IMG/VR virus record: IMGVR_UViG_3300044638_001843
Span: 5,067 to 69,066 of that record
Length of the DNA: 64,000 nt
Strand: one strand, 5' to 3'
From: a virus
This document shows positions 1 through 9,302 of this stretch, piece after piece. Under the pieces are notes generated by a model, which was not told the DNA's origin, ran no database searches, and saw only the letters and a program-made list of their open reading frames with translations. The stretch's first letter is position 1, and the number at the start of each line of letters is the position of its first letter. The position numbers were made by a program, and so were the translations under genes.

Positions 1-1
1 G

Positions 2-2326
2 GAGTATAACCGTGCCGTCGATGAAGGAAAGCCTGAGCAATTACTACTTGAAAGCGCAGTTATTCATCTTACACCTTTCTATCAAAAGTGGATTGACACA
101 TGTTCTAATAACCGCAAGTCGCCTGATTGGTTAGCACCATTACTTTGTGTTGGTGCAGCTAAGATGGCAGACATTACTATTAGAAATGTAATGCGCTTAT
201 TCCTAACTAGGAATACCATCCAAAGCTTTGATGATACAATGGGCATTCCAAGCAATGCACCAGTAGCACAACAAGTAGCTAAGCTTATTGCTGATGATGT
301 TATTAACATTGTATCCTATCAACAAGCAAAGAAGAAGTTCTCAGAAGATTGGAGAAAGCAATCCAAGTTCATTAAGAACTGGACAATCAAGCGGTGCAAA
401 GCATTTACTAAAAAGGTTGGATCTATTCCAAAGCTAAAGGCTAAGGAAAAGGAAGACCTTGGGCATAACATGCTACGCATTGCTCTATCCAGTGATATCC
501 TAGTAAGTAGGGTACATTGGAATGGAAAGAATCGTAAGTCATTACTTGTTTGTTTTGCTCCTTGGATTCTCAAGGAACTAAGCAAGCGACATGAATTACT
601 AGAAGCAGCATGTCTTGTATATCGTCCTATGATCTGCCCACCTATCCAGCACACAGCAAAGGAAGATGGTGGTTTCTTATCTCCCTGGATCCGTAAGAAG
701 ATGATCAAGCGATATCATCCTGTTGGTGCAAACCCAAAGGATTGGGACTCAAGGCCAAGCGAGTTAGTTCTCCGTGGTCTTAATGCCCTCAGCCATACTG
801 AGTGGTCAGTAAACAAACAAGTCTATGATGTAATGAAGACTATGTTTGAGAATGACTACAAGCTTGCTAACCTACCTGCATTTACCTTTAAGGATTATGC
901 ATTCAGTAGGCCATACCCGGAGGGAGGGACAAAGGAAGAGCAAGCTAAGTGGATGCAGGAATCTAATGAAGCGTGGGGTGAGTGGTATAAAGAAGAACAA
1001 GCTAGAAGTAGAATGATTGTAAGACTACAGCTAGCTAAGAAGATGCTAGACTGGGGTTTCTTCTACATGCCATACACACTAGACTTTAGAGGTAGAGCCT
1101 ACTCAGTATGTGAATTGCTATCACCTCAAGGTGTAGACTTTGATCGTGGACTTGTTCACTTTGCTTTACCACGCAAGCAGACACCGCGTGGTTTGTTCTG
1201 GTTGAAGGTACACCTAGCAAACCTATTCGATCAGGATAAGATTCCATTTGAAGATCGTGTTAAATGGGTAGATGATAATGCTGAAATGCTTATTGCAATA
1301 GCAGCTGATCCCTATTCAAACAAGCAATGGATTGATGCTTCAAAGAAAAAGAATAAATCATTCCAACGTCTTGCTGCTATCTTTGAGTTTGCTCGTACCG
1401 ATGGTATGACACAGCTCAATATTCAAATGGATGGTGCAAATAATGGTGGTCAACATTGGTCTGCTATTATGCGTAATAAGAAACTTGCTGTACTTACAAA
1501 CCTAATTGATTCAGAATCTCCTCAAGATTTGTATCAGTTTGTTGCAGATGCCAGTACAGAATACATGAAGCAACACCAAGAAAATAATTGGTATCAGGTA
1601 TTCTTAATTAACTGGGATAATAAACTACCAAGGGCTGTAGCCAAGCGTCCTACTATGTGTGATGCTTATGGTCTTACATTCTATGGTATGCAGAAGTATG
1701 TAAAGCAAGAAGGCCATGTTGATTGGGTTCCAAAGGAATCCAGGGGTGGTGCTGTAGTAGAACTAAGCAGAGCTATTCAAGCTGGCTTGGGAGAAACTAT
1801 GGAGTCACCCAACAAGGGTAAGGAATGGTTGCGATCTGTTGCAGACATTCTAAACAGTATCAATAAACCTTTTGTATGGACAACTCCCAGCGGGTTTGAA
1901 GTACATCATGTGTACAATCAAGTGTTAGAAAGGGTTTCCTATGCCGAACTATTCAACAGGCAGCAGTTGGTATTCTCAACTGTTACGGAAGATCTCGACG
2001 GCAAGGCACAATATCTGGCGATTTCTCCAAACTTTATCCATGCGCTAGATGCAGCTCATATGTTTATGACAATTGGAGAAATGCTTAATCAAGGTATGTC
2101 TGCTTTCTCAATGGTACATGATTCCTTTGGAACATATGCACCTGATGTTGATGAGATGCACTCCATACTAAGAGAACAGTTTGTTAAAATTCATCAGGAG
2201 AATCAGCTTGAAAACCTCAAAGAAGAAATTGAAAAGAAATACAAAATCTTCCTTCCCGACTGTCCACAACCAGACGGAGAGTTCGATGTTTCCGAAGTAC
2301 TCGGATCTAAATATTTCTTTGCCTAA
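2..2326 (+). CDS. T7-like single-subunit DNA-directed RNA polymerase (5'-truncated by window edge)
   Basis: Frame is open from position 2 (EYNRAVDEGKPEQLLLE...). Motifs in canonical order: DFRGRAY...SPQG, motif A QMDGANNGGQH, QDLY, motif B RAVAKRPTMCDAYG, SPNFIHALDAAH, motif C MVHDSFGT, C-terminal YFFA. Confidence 0.97.
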   Translation, partial: EYNRAVDEGKPEQLLLESAVIHLTPFYQKWIDTCSNNRKSPDWLAPLLCVGAAKMADITIRNVMRLFLTRNTIQSFDDTMGIPSNAPVAQQVAKLIADDVINIVSYQQAKKKFSEDWRKQSKFIKNWTIKRCKAFTKKVGSIPKLKAKEKEDLGHNMLRIALSSDILVSRVHWNGKNRKSLLVCFAPWILKELSKRHELLEAACLVYRPMICPPIQHTAKEDGGFLSPWIRKKMIKRYHPVGANPKDWDSRPSELVLRGLNALSHTEWSVNKQVYDVMKTMFENDYKLANLPAFTFKDYAFSRPYPEGGTKEEQAKWMQESNEAWGEWYKEEQARSRMIVRLQLAKKMLDWGFFYMPYTLDFRGRAYSVCELLSPQGVDFDRGLVHFALPRKQTPRGLFWLKVHLANLFDQDKIPFEDRVKWVDDNAEMLIAIAADPYSNKQWIDASKKKNKSFQRLAAIFEFARTDGMTQLNIQMDGANNGGQHWSAIMRNKKLAVLTNLIDSESPQDLYQFVADASTEYMKQHQENNWYQVFLINWDNKLPRAVAKRPTMCDAYGLTFYGMQKYVKQEGHVDWVPKESRGGAVVELSRAIQAGLGETMESPNKGKEWLRSVADILNSINKPFVWTTPSGFEVHHVYNQVLERVSYAELFNRQQLVFSTVTEDLDGKAQYLAISPNFIHALDAAHMFMTIGEMLNQGMSAFSMVHDSFGTYAPDVDEMHSILREQFVKIHQENQLENLKEEIEKKYKIFLPDCPQPDGEFDVSEVLGSKYFFA

Positions 2327-2615
2327 TAATATTACATATCCAACAATCCCTCAGTTAGTTTTAATTAGTTGGATTGATGCAGTAACTATTGGTGGTGAAG
2401 GCTGGCTTGATAGAAACAAGGCTTTGAATTATGCTAAAGATCCCTTGCCTATCATGGTTACAGTAGGTTTTATATTACATGAGGATGCTGATCACTTTGC
2501 AGTAACTAATACTGTAGGTCCAGATGAAACAGCACAAGTTAATAAAATCCCAAAGCGAATGATTGTTGAGATTCAGGATTTAAATTATGGCAGAACAGAA
2601 GAACATAAGACGTAA
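2286..2615 (+). CDS. Hypothetical phage protein (WxDA-type small protein)
   Basis: ATG 2286 preceded by GGAG; VLISWIDA...TVGF...IPKRMI pattern common in small phage proteins; start uncertain. Confidence 0.6.
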   Translation: MFPKYSDLNISLPNNITYPTIPQLVLISWIDAVTIGGEGWLDRNKALNYAKDPLPIMVTVGFILHEDADHFAVTNTVGPDETAQVNKIPKRMIVEIQDLNYGRTEEHKT

Positions 2616-2721
2616 AGATACAAAGGATTTTAATTATGACAAATTCAAAGCCAAGCAAGAAAAGAAACGACGAGAACAAGCCCGTCGTGCTGCGAGACAA
2701 AGGAAAAGTTACCTACAATAA
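2587..2721 (+). CDS. Small basic hypothetical protein (44 aa)
   Basis: MAEQKNIRRKDTKDFNYDKFKAKQEKKRREQARRAARQRKSYLQ, translated by eye; AGGA upstream. Confidence 0.45.
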   Translation: MAEQKNIRRKDTKDFNYDKFKAKQEKKRREQARRAARQRKSYLQ

Positions 2722-2866
2722 GTGGCAGGAACTACACCTCAAGGGAGAGTTTGATGTCTATGCTCCTATCCCCCAAGATGATGGGGGAGAGCCGCTTCCT
2801 CCCCTAGCTGTACAGTGGAAAGAAGATGCTAAAAGGAGATTGAATGCGCACACTCGTAATCGGTGA
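2636..2866 (+). CDS. Hypothetical protein
   Basis: 76-aa ORF with AAGGA upstream; overlaps neighbours. Confidence 0.45.
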   Translation: MTNSKPSKKRNDENKPVVLRDKGKVTYNKWQELHLKGEFDVYAPIPQDDGGEPLPPLAVQWKEDAKRRLNAHTRNR

Positions 2867-3497
2867 CTTACACTGCCCAGCAGTGCATCCGGCTTATCTT
2901 GAATTCTGTAAAGAAATTCAACGTAAGTATAAGACAAACAATACTGTATTCATTGGAGATATAATTGATCACGAAGCAATCTCCATGCATGACAAGAATC
3001 CAGATTTACCTGGACCACTAGAAGAATACAAAGCAGCTCTAGTAAAGGTTAAGGAATGGTACAAAGCATTTCCAAATGCTACTGTATGCGTTGGTAACCA
3101 CGATGCTAGAGTTCATCGTAAATCAAATAAGCATGGTATACCCAGCATGTATCTCAAGTCTTTCTCAGATTTATACAATACTCCTAGATGGAATTGGGTA
3201 TTAGAATCTGAAGTAGATGAAGTATTATATACTCATGGAGATGGCTGGGGTGGTATGTATCCATCGTTCAATGCTGCAAAAGCTAGACTACAATCAGTGG
3301 TTTGTGGTCATCACCATAGCATTGCTAGTATTAACTGGATTCGTGGCCCTAAGACCATGTATTTTGGTATGAATGTTGGGGCCGGAATTGACCAATCAAA
3401 TCCTGTATTCCAATATTCAAAGTCACATCTGAAGAAAGCCATCATCAGTTGTGGAGTAATCATTGATGGCAAACAACCCTATTTGGAGATTTACTAA
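2844..3497 (+). CDS. Calcineurin-like metallophosphoesterase
   Basis: GDLH, GDIID, GNHD, HGD, GHHH motifs; AGGAG RBS. Confidence 0.9.
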   Translation: MRTLVIGDLHCPAVHPAYLEFCKEIQRKYKTNNTVFIGDIIDHEAISMHDKNPDLPGPLEEYKAALVKVKEWYKAFPNATVCVGNHDARVHRKSNKHGIPSMYLKSFSDLYNTPRWNWVLESEVDEVLYTHGDGWGGMYPSFNAAKARLQSVVCGHHHSIASINWIRGPKTMYFGMNVGAGIDQSNPVFQYSKSHLKKAIISCGVIIDGKQPYLEIY

Positions 3498-3673
3498 TGA
3501 GTGAAGTAGAAACAAAGCCAGAACAGGTACGAGCTGTTCCTGTTGATGCTGTAGTTAATTACCTTGCTGACATCTATCGTCAGCTTGATGCAATTAGCTT
3601 CAACATTCGTTCTAATATTAATAACATTGCGCCTAAGCAAGAAGGAGAATCAAGCAATGCCAACGAAGAATAA
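3497..3673 (+). CDS. Hypothetical protein (58 aa)
   Basis: TAATG coupling to upstream gene, GGAG RBS; MSEVETKPEQVRAVPVDAVVNYLADIYRQLD... Confidence 0.6.
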   Translation: MSEVETKPEQVRAVPVDAVVNYLADIYRQLDAISFNIRSNINNIAPKQEGESSNANEE

Positions 3674-4127
3674 GTATGCCAAGCCTTTTGTTACAGGTAA
3701 TGTAACAGTTAAGTGGTCACACCTAATGTCACCAGATGACAAGTTCGGAAATCCAAATCACTCCGTAACTGTTGAGCTTACACCTGAGTTGCAGAAGCAA
3801 CTTCAATCATCTGTTAAGGAACTAGGTGGAAAGAAGATCAATGGCCTAAAGGATGCTGATGGTATCAAGACCATCAAGTTTAAGAATGTCCTCAAGGCAA
3901 AGGAAGGCATCAAGACTTTCCCAGTCATTGGCCCGGATACCAAGCCAACGGAAACCGTACCATTTGGTTCCGATGTAGTCCGTGTCAAGGTAACCCCAGC
4001 CCTGATTGCTCGGGATAATTCTGTTTCGTTCTACATGGAATCAATCCAGTTGATTGAACGAAACTATGCTGGTGCTTCTTCAGAGTTTACCTCTGTTGAA
4101 GAACCTGCTAGTGATATTCCATTCTAA
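3657..4127 (+). CDS. Single-stranded DNA-binding protein (T7 gp2.5-like)
   Basis: AAGGAG RBS; WSHLMSPDDKFG pattern; acidic tail ending EEPASDIPF; syntenic position. Confidence 0.8.
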   Translation: MPTKNKYAKPFVTGNVTVKWSHLMSPDDKFGNPNHSVTVELTPELQKQLQSSVKELGGKKINGLKDADGIKTIKFKNVLKAKEGIKTFPVIGPDTKPTETVPFGSDVVRVKVTPALIARDNSVSFYMESIQLIERNYAGASSEFTSVEEPASDIPF

Positions 4128-4140
4128 TTAGGGACTGCTT

Positions 4141-4542
4141 ATGATGGAGTATAAGTTTCCTGTTAATCCAGTAGCAGCAAGCCGACCAAGAGTTGGCAAG
4201 TTTGGTGCATACTTTACAGGACCTTATAAGAAGTTCCGGCATCTAGCGGCTCAGGTAATAAACCAAGTCCTGGGCCGGAACTTCACTCCTCTGAGCGGTA
4301 AGCTGGCAGTAGATATTAGATGCTATATAACAAGACCTAAAACAACTAAGCTAGAATATCCAAGAGCTGATGTAGATAACTACAGTAAAGCTATTCTAGA
4401 TTCGTTGAATGGTAAATTGTGGGAAGATGATTCTCAGATCTGGGCTTTATTCATTTCAAAACAATGGGCAGAGCCCGGGGAAGAAGGTTACTTTACCGTA
4501 ACATTTGAAAAGATCAAAGATGCACATCGAAAAGTATCGTGA
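4141..4542 (+). CDS. rusA: RusA-family Holliday junction resolvase
   Basis: PVAASRPR, DVDNYSKAILDSLNG, WEDDSQI motifs. Confidence 0.88.
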   Translation: MMEYKFPVNPVAASRPRVGKFGAYFTGPYKKFRHLAAQVINQVLGRNFTPLSGKLAVDIRCYITRPKTTKLEYPRADVDNYSKAILDSLNGKLWEDDSQIWALFISKQWAEPGEEGYFTVTFEKIKDAHRKVS

Positions 4543-4894
4543 TATTGCCTACGCAGAATATCTAAAATGCAATCAACTAAGAAACTATAACCACGTTAGC
4601 ATTGTTGTCCTTGACAATCGTGTACTTGGTGTTGGAACTAACAAGAGAAAGACCCATCCTCTAGCTATGAAGTATGGCTACAGGAACTATGAACTCCATA
4701 GTGAGCTCGATGCACTCTTGAAAGTACCACAACATATGCGTGGTGAAGATCTTAAGTTGATTAACTTTAGGTTTGGTCCAAAGGGAGATATGAAGTTGTC
4801 CAAGCCTTGTGCCAAATGTTTGCCTTGGTGTATCAACACCTTCGCAGAAATTTATTATTCAATCCCCAACGGACTTGTTCAGTTGGAGTATTAG
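4520..4894 (+). CDS. Zinc-dependent cytidine/deoxycytidylate deaminase-fold protein
   Basis: HSELDAL and SKPCAKC match the HxE...PCxxC deaminase signature. Confidence 0.8.
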   Translation: MHIEKYRDIAYAEYLKCNQLRNYNHVSIVVLDNRVLGVGTNKRKTHPLAMKYGYRNYELHSELDALLKVPQHMRGEDLKLINFRFGPKGDMKLSKPCAKCLPWCINTFAEIYYSIPNGLVQLEY

Positions 4895-4907
4895 GTCAGG
4901 AGTAAAT

Positions 4908-5150
4908 ATGCTAGTTGAAATTTTGTTCTCGTTGTGTATAGTTGGTTTTGCTTTATTGCTTGTTCTGATGTATCAAGTAATCAAGCGTATCCGACAGATC
5001 AACAATGAAATTAAGAACGATAGAGATTATGCAGACCAAGATGTTAATGACATCTACAAGCGTATTCTTGAAATCAGAGATGATTTTACTGTTCTCAACA
5101 GTCGCTTCAATTGTATTGAAGATTCAATCAAGAAGAAGAAGCGACGTTAA
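4908..5150 (+). CDS. Hypothetical membrane protein with coiled coil
   Basis: AGGAG RBS; hydrophobic N-terminal helix followed by charged heptads. Confidence 0.65.
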   Translation: MLVEILFSLCIVGFALLLVLMYQVIKRIRQINNEIKNDRDYADQDVNDIYKRILEIRDDFTVLNSRFNCIEDSIKKKKRR

Positions 5151-5173
5151 AGTAGGGGAGTAATCCCCTATGA

Positions 5174-5247
5174 AGAAGGGTGGCTGAAGTAGATAGAGCG
5201 CATGCCTTATAAGCGTGAATATGTGGGTGCAACTCCCGCCCCTTCTA
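5174..5247 (+). tRNA. tRNA-Ile (TAT), atypical T-loop
   Basis: Acceptor AGAAGGG/CCCTTCT + A; anticodon arm CATGC-CT TAT AA-GCGTG; T arm GTGGG-TGCAACT-CCCGC; no encoded CCA. Confidence 0.7.
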
Positions 5248-5297
5248 TTTAGGCCAAGGTGTTCTTGGCCTGTTTTTATCTCATAGGAATTAATGCA

Positions 5298-5852
5298 ATG
5301 CCTAATTGGTGTATGAATGAAGTGCGTATTTCCGGGCCGTACTCGGAAGTACATGAAATACTAACTAAGTGTGGTTACTACAGTAATCAAGAGTTCAAGA
5401 TGAATAGCTTTATCCCAATGCCGGATGAAGTTCGTAATACTGTATCACCCATGCCAAAGACTGAAGAACAAATCCTAGCAGAAGCAAAGAAGTATAACTG
5501 GCTTGTATCAGAAGTTAACGATGCGCTTAGCCGTGCTATTACTTCAGAAGAAGCAGAACGGTACAATGAAAACTACCGTAAGTATGGTGCGCATGATTGG
5601 TATGATTGGGCTATGAAGTACTGGGGTGTCAAGTGGGATCTATCAGATGTTTCTTGGGTTGAGGTTGAACTACCTGATCCAGGAGATGCAAAGTCAACAG
5701 ATGATGCAACCTTTACCATTAACTTTGATACTGCCTGGGGTCCCCCAGATATGTTCTACCATTTCCTTTCTAAGAATTACCCTAACTGCCATATCTCATG
5801 GTTCTACCATGAACCAATGATGGAATTTGCTGGATACCTAAACAATGAATGA
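5298..5852 (+). CDS. MPNWC-type phage protein (DUF1281/YubB ferredoxin-like)
   Basis: MPNWCMN start, DWYDWAMKYWGVKWD, FDTAWGPP, YHEPMMEFAG motifs. Confidence 0.7.
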   Translation: MPNWCMNEVRISGPYSEVHEILTKCGYYSNQEFKMNSFIPMPDEVRNTVSPMPKTEEQILAEAKKYNWLVSEVNDALSRAITSEEAERYNENYRKYGAHDWYDWAMKYWGVKWDLSDVSWVEVELPDPGDAKSTDDATFTINFDTAWGPPDMFYHFLSKNYPNCHISWFYHEPMMEFAGYLNNE

Positions 5853-6273
5853 ACTAATTGCTCAACAGTGGGTTACTGCTCTGCGTAGTGGAGACTATAA
5901 GCAAGGTAAGAGTGTACTACATAATCAAGATACTAACACTTATTGCTGCCTTGGTGTTCTCTGCGACTTGTATGTGCAAGAAAACAACAATAGAGATTCT
6001 TATTGCCAACAGCGTATGCTTAGTGATACCTCAATTGTTACATGCTTTGGTGATTCTACTGGTACTTTGCCAAGCGATGTTCGTATTTGGGCAGGTATTG
6101 GAGATGACAATGGACAGTTTAAGTACAACAAACCCATCCCAGGTCGTGATACTTCATACTTTAGGGATGAAGATACTTGCTTGCTCACCAGTATGAACGA
6201 TGGCGAGTACGGCCACGACTTTACCTTTGAAGAAATTGCAAACATTATTGAAGAACAATGGAGACAGCTATGA
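5845..6273 (+). CDS. Hypothetical phage protein
   Basis: WVTALRSGDYKQG...CCLGVLCD...MNDG...TFEEIA pattern seen in small phage proteins. Confidence 0.7.
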   Translation: MNELIAQQWVTALRSGDYKQGKSVLHNQDTNTYCCLGVLCDLYVQENNNRDSYCQQRMLSDTSIVTCFGDSTGTLPSDVRIWAGIGDDNGQFKYNKPIPGRDTSYFRDEDTCLLTSMNDGEYGHDFTFEEIANIIEEQWRQL

Positions 6274-6506
6274 ACTTCGGTATTGATCCTAATAATCGGG
6301 ATCGCTGTGTTATCCAGGCCCCCTGTGATCTTGCTTATATGCAGAAGCAGCGTGATCTTCTTTGGAAGATCTACTCTGATTCCCTGCTCTCTAGTGATGA
6401 AGATCTTGCTTATCTCCGTACCACTATCGGTTTTCTAGATCACTTTATTCACGGCGTATACTTTGTAGCTGCTGAATATCACACCGCTAACAGGAGTATT
6501 TATTAA
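6270..6506 (+). CDS. Hypothetical protein
   Basis: ATGA overlap with upstream stop; GGAG RBS. Confidence 0.6.
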   Translation: MNFGIDPNNRDRCVIQAPCDLAYMQKQRDLLWKIYSDSLLSSDEDLAYLRTTIGFLDHFIHGVYFVAAEYHTANRSIY

Positions 6507-6848
6507 ATGCTTATTAAGTCAAATGAAAAGTTTGTCAAGAAGTTTAAGATTCCCTTTGTTTATTATCATCTTTGTATATCTTTTAAGTTAAACAACGAAC
6601 AAGATCTTTATGACCCTGTTGATTGGATCATGGGAAAAGATTGTACCTACGGTAAAAATAAGAAACGCGCTAGTGCTTTCAAGAAGTTTAAGCTTCTTGA
6701 ACCCGACACTGGATATAATCTTATGACTCACGAAAGAGATCTTACTTTCTTTCAATTAACAAAAGAACAGATACGGTATCTTGTCAACACTTATAAGAAT
6801 AGTCCATTCCGTATTACTTATCTTGCTTGTGATATAGATGACGAATAA
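6507..6848 (+). CDS. Hypothetical protein
   Basis: 113-aa ORF abutting upstream stop; AGGAG RBS. Confidence 0.6.
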   Translation: MLIKSNEKFVKKFKIPFVYYHLCISFKLNNEQDLYDPVDWIMGKDCTYGKNKKRASAFKKFKLLEPDTGYNLMTHERDLTFFQLTKEQIRYLVNTYKNSPFRITYLACDIDDE

Positions 6849-7071
6849 ATCTAATACATTGGTATCAATGCAATTGTTAGGATTGCGTTTGGCTATCATG
6901 GTACTCAGACCGTTGCTGTATCTGGTAGCAAGTATCACTTGGCGGTTGGATGAGGTATACTACCGAATGAATGAATTGCGCAACCGTCTAAATAAAAAGG
7001 TAGAGCAACACAAAGCAAACAAAGCACTAGATCGCATTGCACAATTCGATCAGGAGAATGGATTACTATGA
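6838..7071 (+). CDS. Hypothetical protein
   Basis: 77-aa ORF tiled between neighbours. Confidence 0.5.
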   Translation: MTNKSNTLVSMQLLGLRLAIMVLRPLLYLVASITWRLDEVYYRMNELRNRLNKKVEQHKANKALDRIAQFDQENGLL

Positions 7072-7256
7072 AACAAGAAACACATCATACAATTTTAGTA
7101 CTACCGGATGGAGAAACTTGGTCTACTATTTCTGGATGTTCTGTTCTTGTTATAACAGACAATCAATTTAAAGACCTATGTGAAGACAGAATTGATGCAA
7201 GAGATTTAATGGCTACTCAAGTAATCTTACTTAGTCATCTTAAAAATCTTGAATAA
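7068..7256 (+). CDS. Hypothetical protein
   Basis: ATGA coupling; 62 aa. Confidence 0.55.
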   Translation: MKQETHHTILVLPDGETWSTISGCSVLVITDNQFKDLCEDRIDARDLMATQVILLSHLKNLE

Positions 7257-7262
7257 TTAAAC

Positions 7263-7331
7263 GAGATGGTAGCCCAAGTAGAGGCAGGTAGACAATACCA
7301 CACAGTGTAGGTTCAAGCCCTACCCATCTCA
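7263..7331 (+). ncRNA. tRNA-like element with aberrant anticodon arm
   Basis: Acceptor GAGATGG/CCATCTC + A, D arm GCC/GGC, T arm GTAGG-TTCAAGC-CCTAC; anticodon arm only GGTA-GACAA-TACC. Confidence 0.65.
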
Positions 7332-7335
7332 ATAT

Positions 7336-7409
7336 ATCTCCATAGCTCAACTGGATAGAGCAACAGCCTTCTAAGCTGTAGGTTGCTGGTTCAAGTCCAG
7401 CTGGGGATG
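7336..7409 (+). tRNA. tRNA-Arg (TCT)
   Basis: Full cloverleaf; ACAGC-CT TCT AA-GCTGT; GCTGG-TTCAAGT-CCAGC. Confidence 0.93.
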
Positions 7410-7410
7410 C

Positions 7411-7492
7411 GGCTCCGTGGCGAAACTGGCATACGCAGTAGACTTAAAATCTGCCGCCGCAAGGCGTGGGGGTTCGATTCCCCCCGGAGTCA
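7411..7492 (+). tRNA. tRNA-Leu (TAA)
   Basis: GGCTCCG/CGGAGTC acceptor; GTAGA-CT TAA AA-TCTGC; long variable arm CGCC-GCAA-GGCG; GGGGG-TTCGATT-CCCCC. Confidence 0.93.
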
Positions 7493-7494
7493 TC

Positions 7495-7567
7495 GCCCTC
7501 TTAGCTCAGTTGGTAGAGCAGTTGACTTTTAATCAATCGGTCGTAGGTTCAAATCCTACAGGGGGCA
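7495..7567 (+). tRNA. tRNA-Lys (TTT)
   Basis: GCCCTCT/AGGGGGC acceptor; GTTGA-CT TTT AA-TCAAT; GTAGG-TTCAAAT-CCTAC. Confidence 0.94.
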
Positions 7568-7586
7568 TTCATTTAGAAAGGTTATT

Positions 7587-9302
7587 ATGGAAACAGAATC
7601 AAAAGTTATTAATCGTAAGCGTTGTCCAGCATGTGCTGCACAGGGTAATGATACATCAGGTAACAATCTTGCTGTCTATGATGACGGCCATAGCTATTGC
7701 TATGCTTGTAAGTTTTATATTAAAGGAACAAAGACTAGTATGGAAACAGTAGTAGAAACTCCAGTTGTAGACACAGCATTTAGGACTGGTCAACCAGTTG
7801 CTTTGCAGCATCGTCGTATTACAGAGAAGACTGCACGACGCTATGGCTACATGACTGGTGTTAATAACAGCGAGATTGAAAACTTTTACAATGCTGAGGG
7901 CCAACTACAAGCCCAGCATATTCGATACAATGGAAAGAACTTTGCGTGGATTGGTAACACCAACAACCTACAGTTCTATGGTCAGCACCTATTCTCTGGT
8001 GGTGGCAAGCGAATCTGCATTACTGAAGGTGCTATTGACTGCCTGACAATGGATCAGGTATTTGAAAACAAGTATCCAGTTGTTTCAATTCCCAATGGTG
8101 TAAACTCAGCAGTCAAGGCTGTAAAGGATAACTATAGTTTCATTTCATCCTTTGAAACCGTTGTCATTTGCTTTGATATGGATGAGGCTGGCCAGAAGGC
8201 AGCGCGTGAGGTAGCAGAGATCCTACCACCCGGCAAGGCATACATCATGTCCCTGCCACGAAAGGATCCTAATGAGATGCTAGTTAATGCAGAGACAGCC
8301 CAGCTACTCCAGGCTTACTGGAATGCCAAGGCTTATTCTCCAGACTCTATCCTGCATGTCAGCCAGGTTGTTTCGGATACAAGCAAGCCATCCTCAGATG
8401 TCTATGAGTATCCTTGGGATTCTCTAACTACCTTTATGATTGGTCAGGATTCCGGTCGGCTTAATCTGTGGACATCAGCCACTGGTCATGGTAAGTCAAC
8501 CATTATCCGTGAGCTAGTCATGGATCATCTTAATCATGGTCGTAATGTTGGTGCTGTATTCCTAGAAGAATCACCAGAGCAAACCGTAGATGACCTTATC
8601 TCACTTAAACTTGGCAAACCTGTTCGCAAGATCATGTCTCAGCGTCAGCTTAATGAACTTAGAAAGAAGAACAACAAACCTACCGTAGATATGGTAGAGG
8701 ATAATCTAACAGATGACGAATACACAACTGCAAAATCAGAGATTGGCAGCAAGGCTCTCTTCCTTTATGATCACATTGGTAATGCGAACATTAGTAACAT
8801 TATCAATCGTCTTGAGTATATGGCTGTTGGTCTTGACTGTCGCATTATCTTTCTTGATCACATTACCCTTCTGGGTAATATGCTACTTAGTGCGGGAACC
8901 GATTACGGTAACGATGAACGACTAGTTCTAGACTCCGTAATGAAGAAGCTTCGTGAATTGGTAGAGCGTACTGGAGTTACTATCCATGTCATTGCTCATA
9001 TCAAGAAGACGGATAAGAATGTAGACGAAGGTGATCGCATTAATCTTAATGACCTTCGTGGCTCTGGCTCACTTGCTCAGATCTCTGACAATGTGTTTGC
9101 ACTAGAGCGTAATGCCCAGCATCCAGATCCACTTATCTGCAATACTACCAACATCCGTGTACTTAAGAACCGTAAGGGTGGTCGTAGAGGTGTCTCTACT
9201 GCTTTGTATTACAACGACCAAACAGCCAAGCTTATTGATGTGCCATTCGTTGTAACACCGGAAGGAGAAATAATTTATCGCCATGACAACATTAGCATTT
9301 GA
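7587..9302 (+). CDS. DNA primase-helicase (T7 gp4-like)
   Basis: Zn finger CPAC...CYAC, TOPRIM TEGAIDC...FDMDEAG, Walker A ATGHGKST, FLDHIT, LRGSGSLAQISD, KNR. Confidence 0.96.
   Translation: METESKVINRKRCPACAAQGNDTSGNNLAVYDDGHSYCYACKFYIKGTKTSMETVVETPVVDTAFRTGQPVALQHRRITEKTARRYGYMTGVNNSEIENFYNAEGQLQAQHIRYNGKNFAWIGNTNNLQFYGQHLFSGGGKRICITEGAIDCLTMDQVFENKYPVVSIPNGVNSAVKAVKDNYSFISSFETVVICFDMDEAGQKAAREVAEILPPGKAYIMSLPRKDPNEMLVNAETAQLLQAYWNAKAYSPDSILHVSQVVSDTSKPSSDVYEYPWDSLTTFMIGQDSGRLNLWTSATGHGKSTIIRELVMDHLNHGRNVGAVFLEESPEQTVDDLISLKLGKPVRKIMSQRQLNELRKKNNKPTVDMVEDNLTDDEYTTAKSEIGSKALFLYDHIGNANISNIINRLEYMAVGLDCRIIFLDHITLLGNMLLSAGTDYGNDERLVLDSVMKKLRELVERTGVTIHVIAHIKKTDKNVDEGDRINLNDLRGSGSLAQISDNVFALERNAQHPDPLICNTTNIRVLKNRKGGRRGVSTALYYNDQTAKLIDVPFVVTPEGEIIYRHDNISI

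Noticed and set aside
164-2326. RNAP annotated as a short 720-aa protein starting at 164
   Set aside because: The frame is open back to position 2, so the true start lies upstream of the window.
7417-7752. 111-aa + strand ORF in the track
   Set aside because: Runs through tRNA-Leu and tRNA-Lys and overlaps the primase out of frame; spurious.
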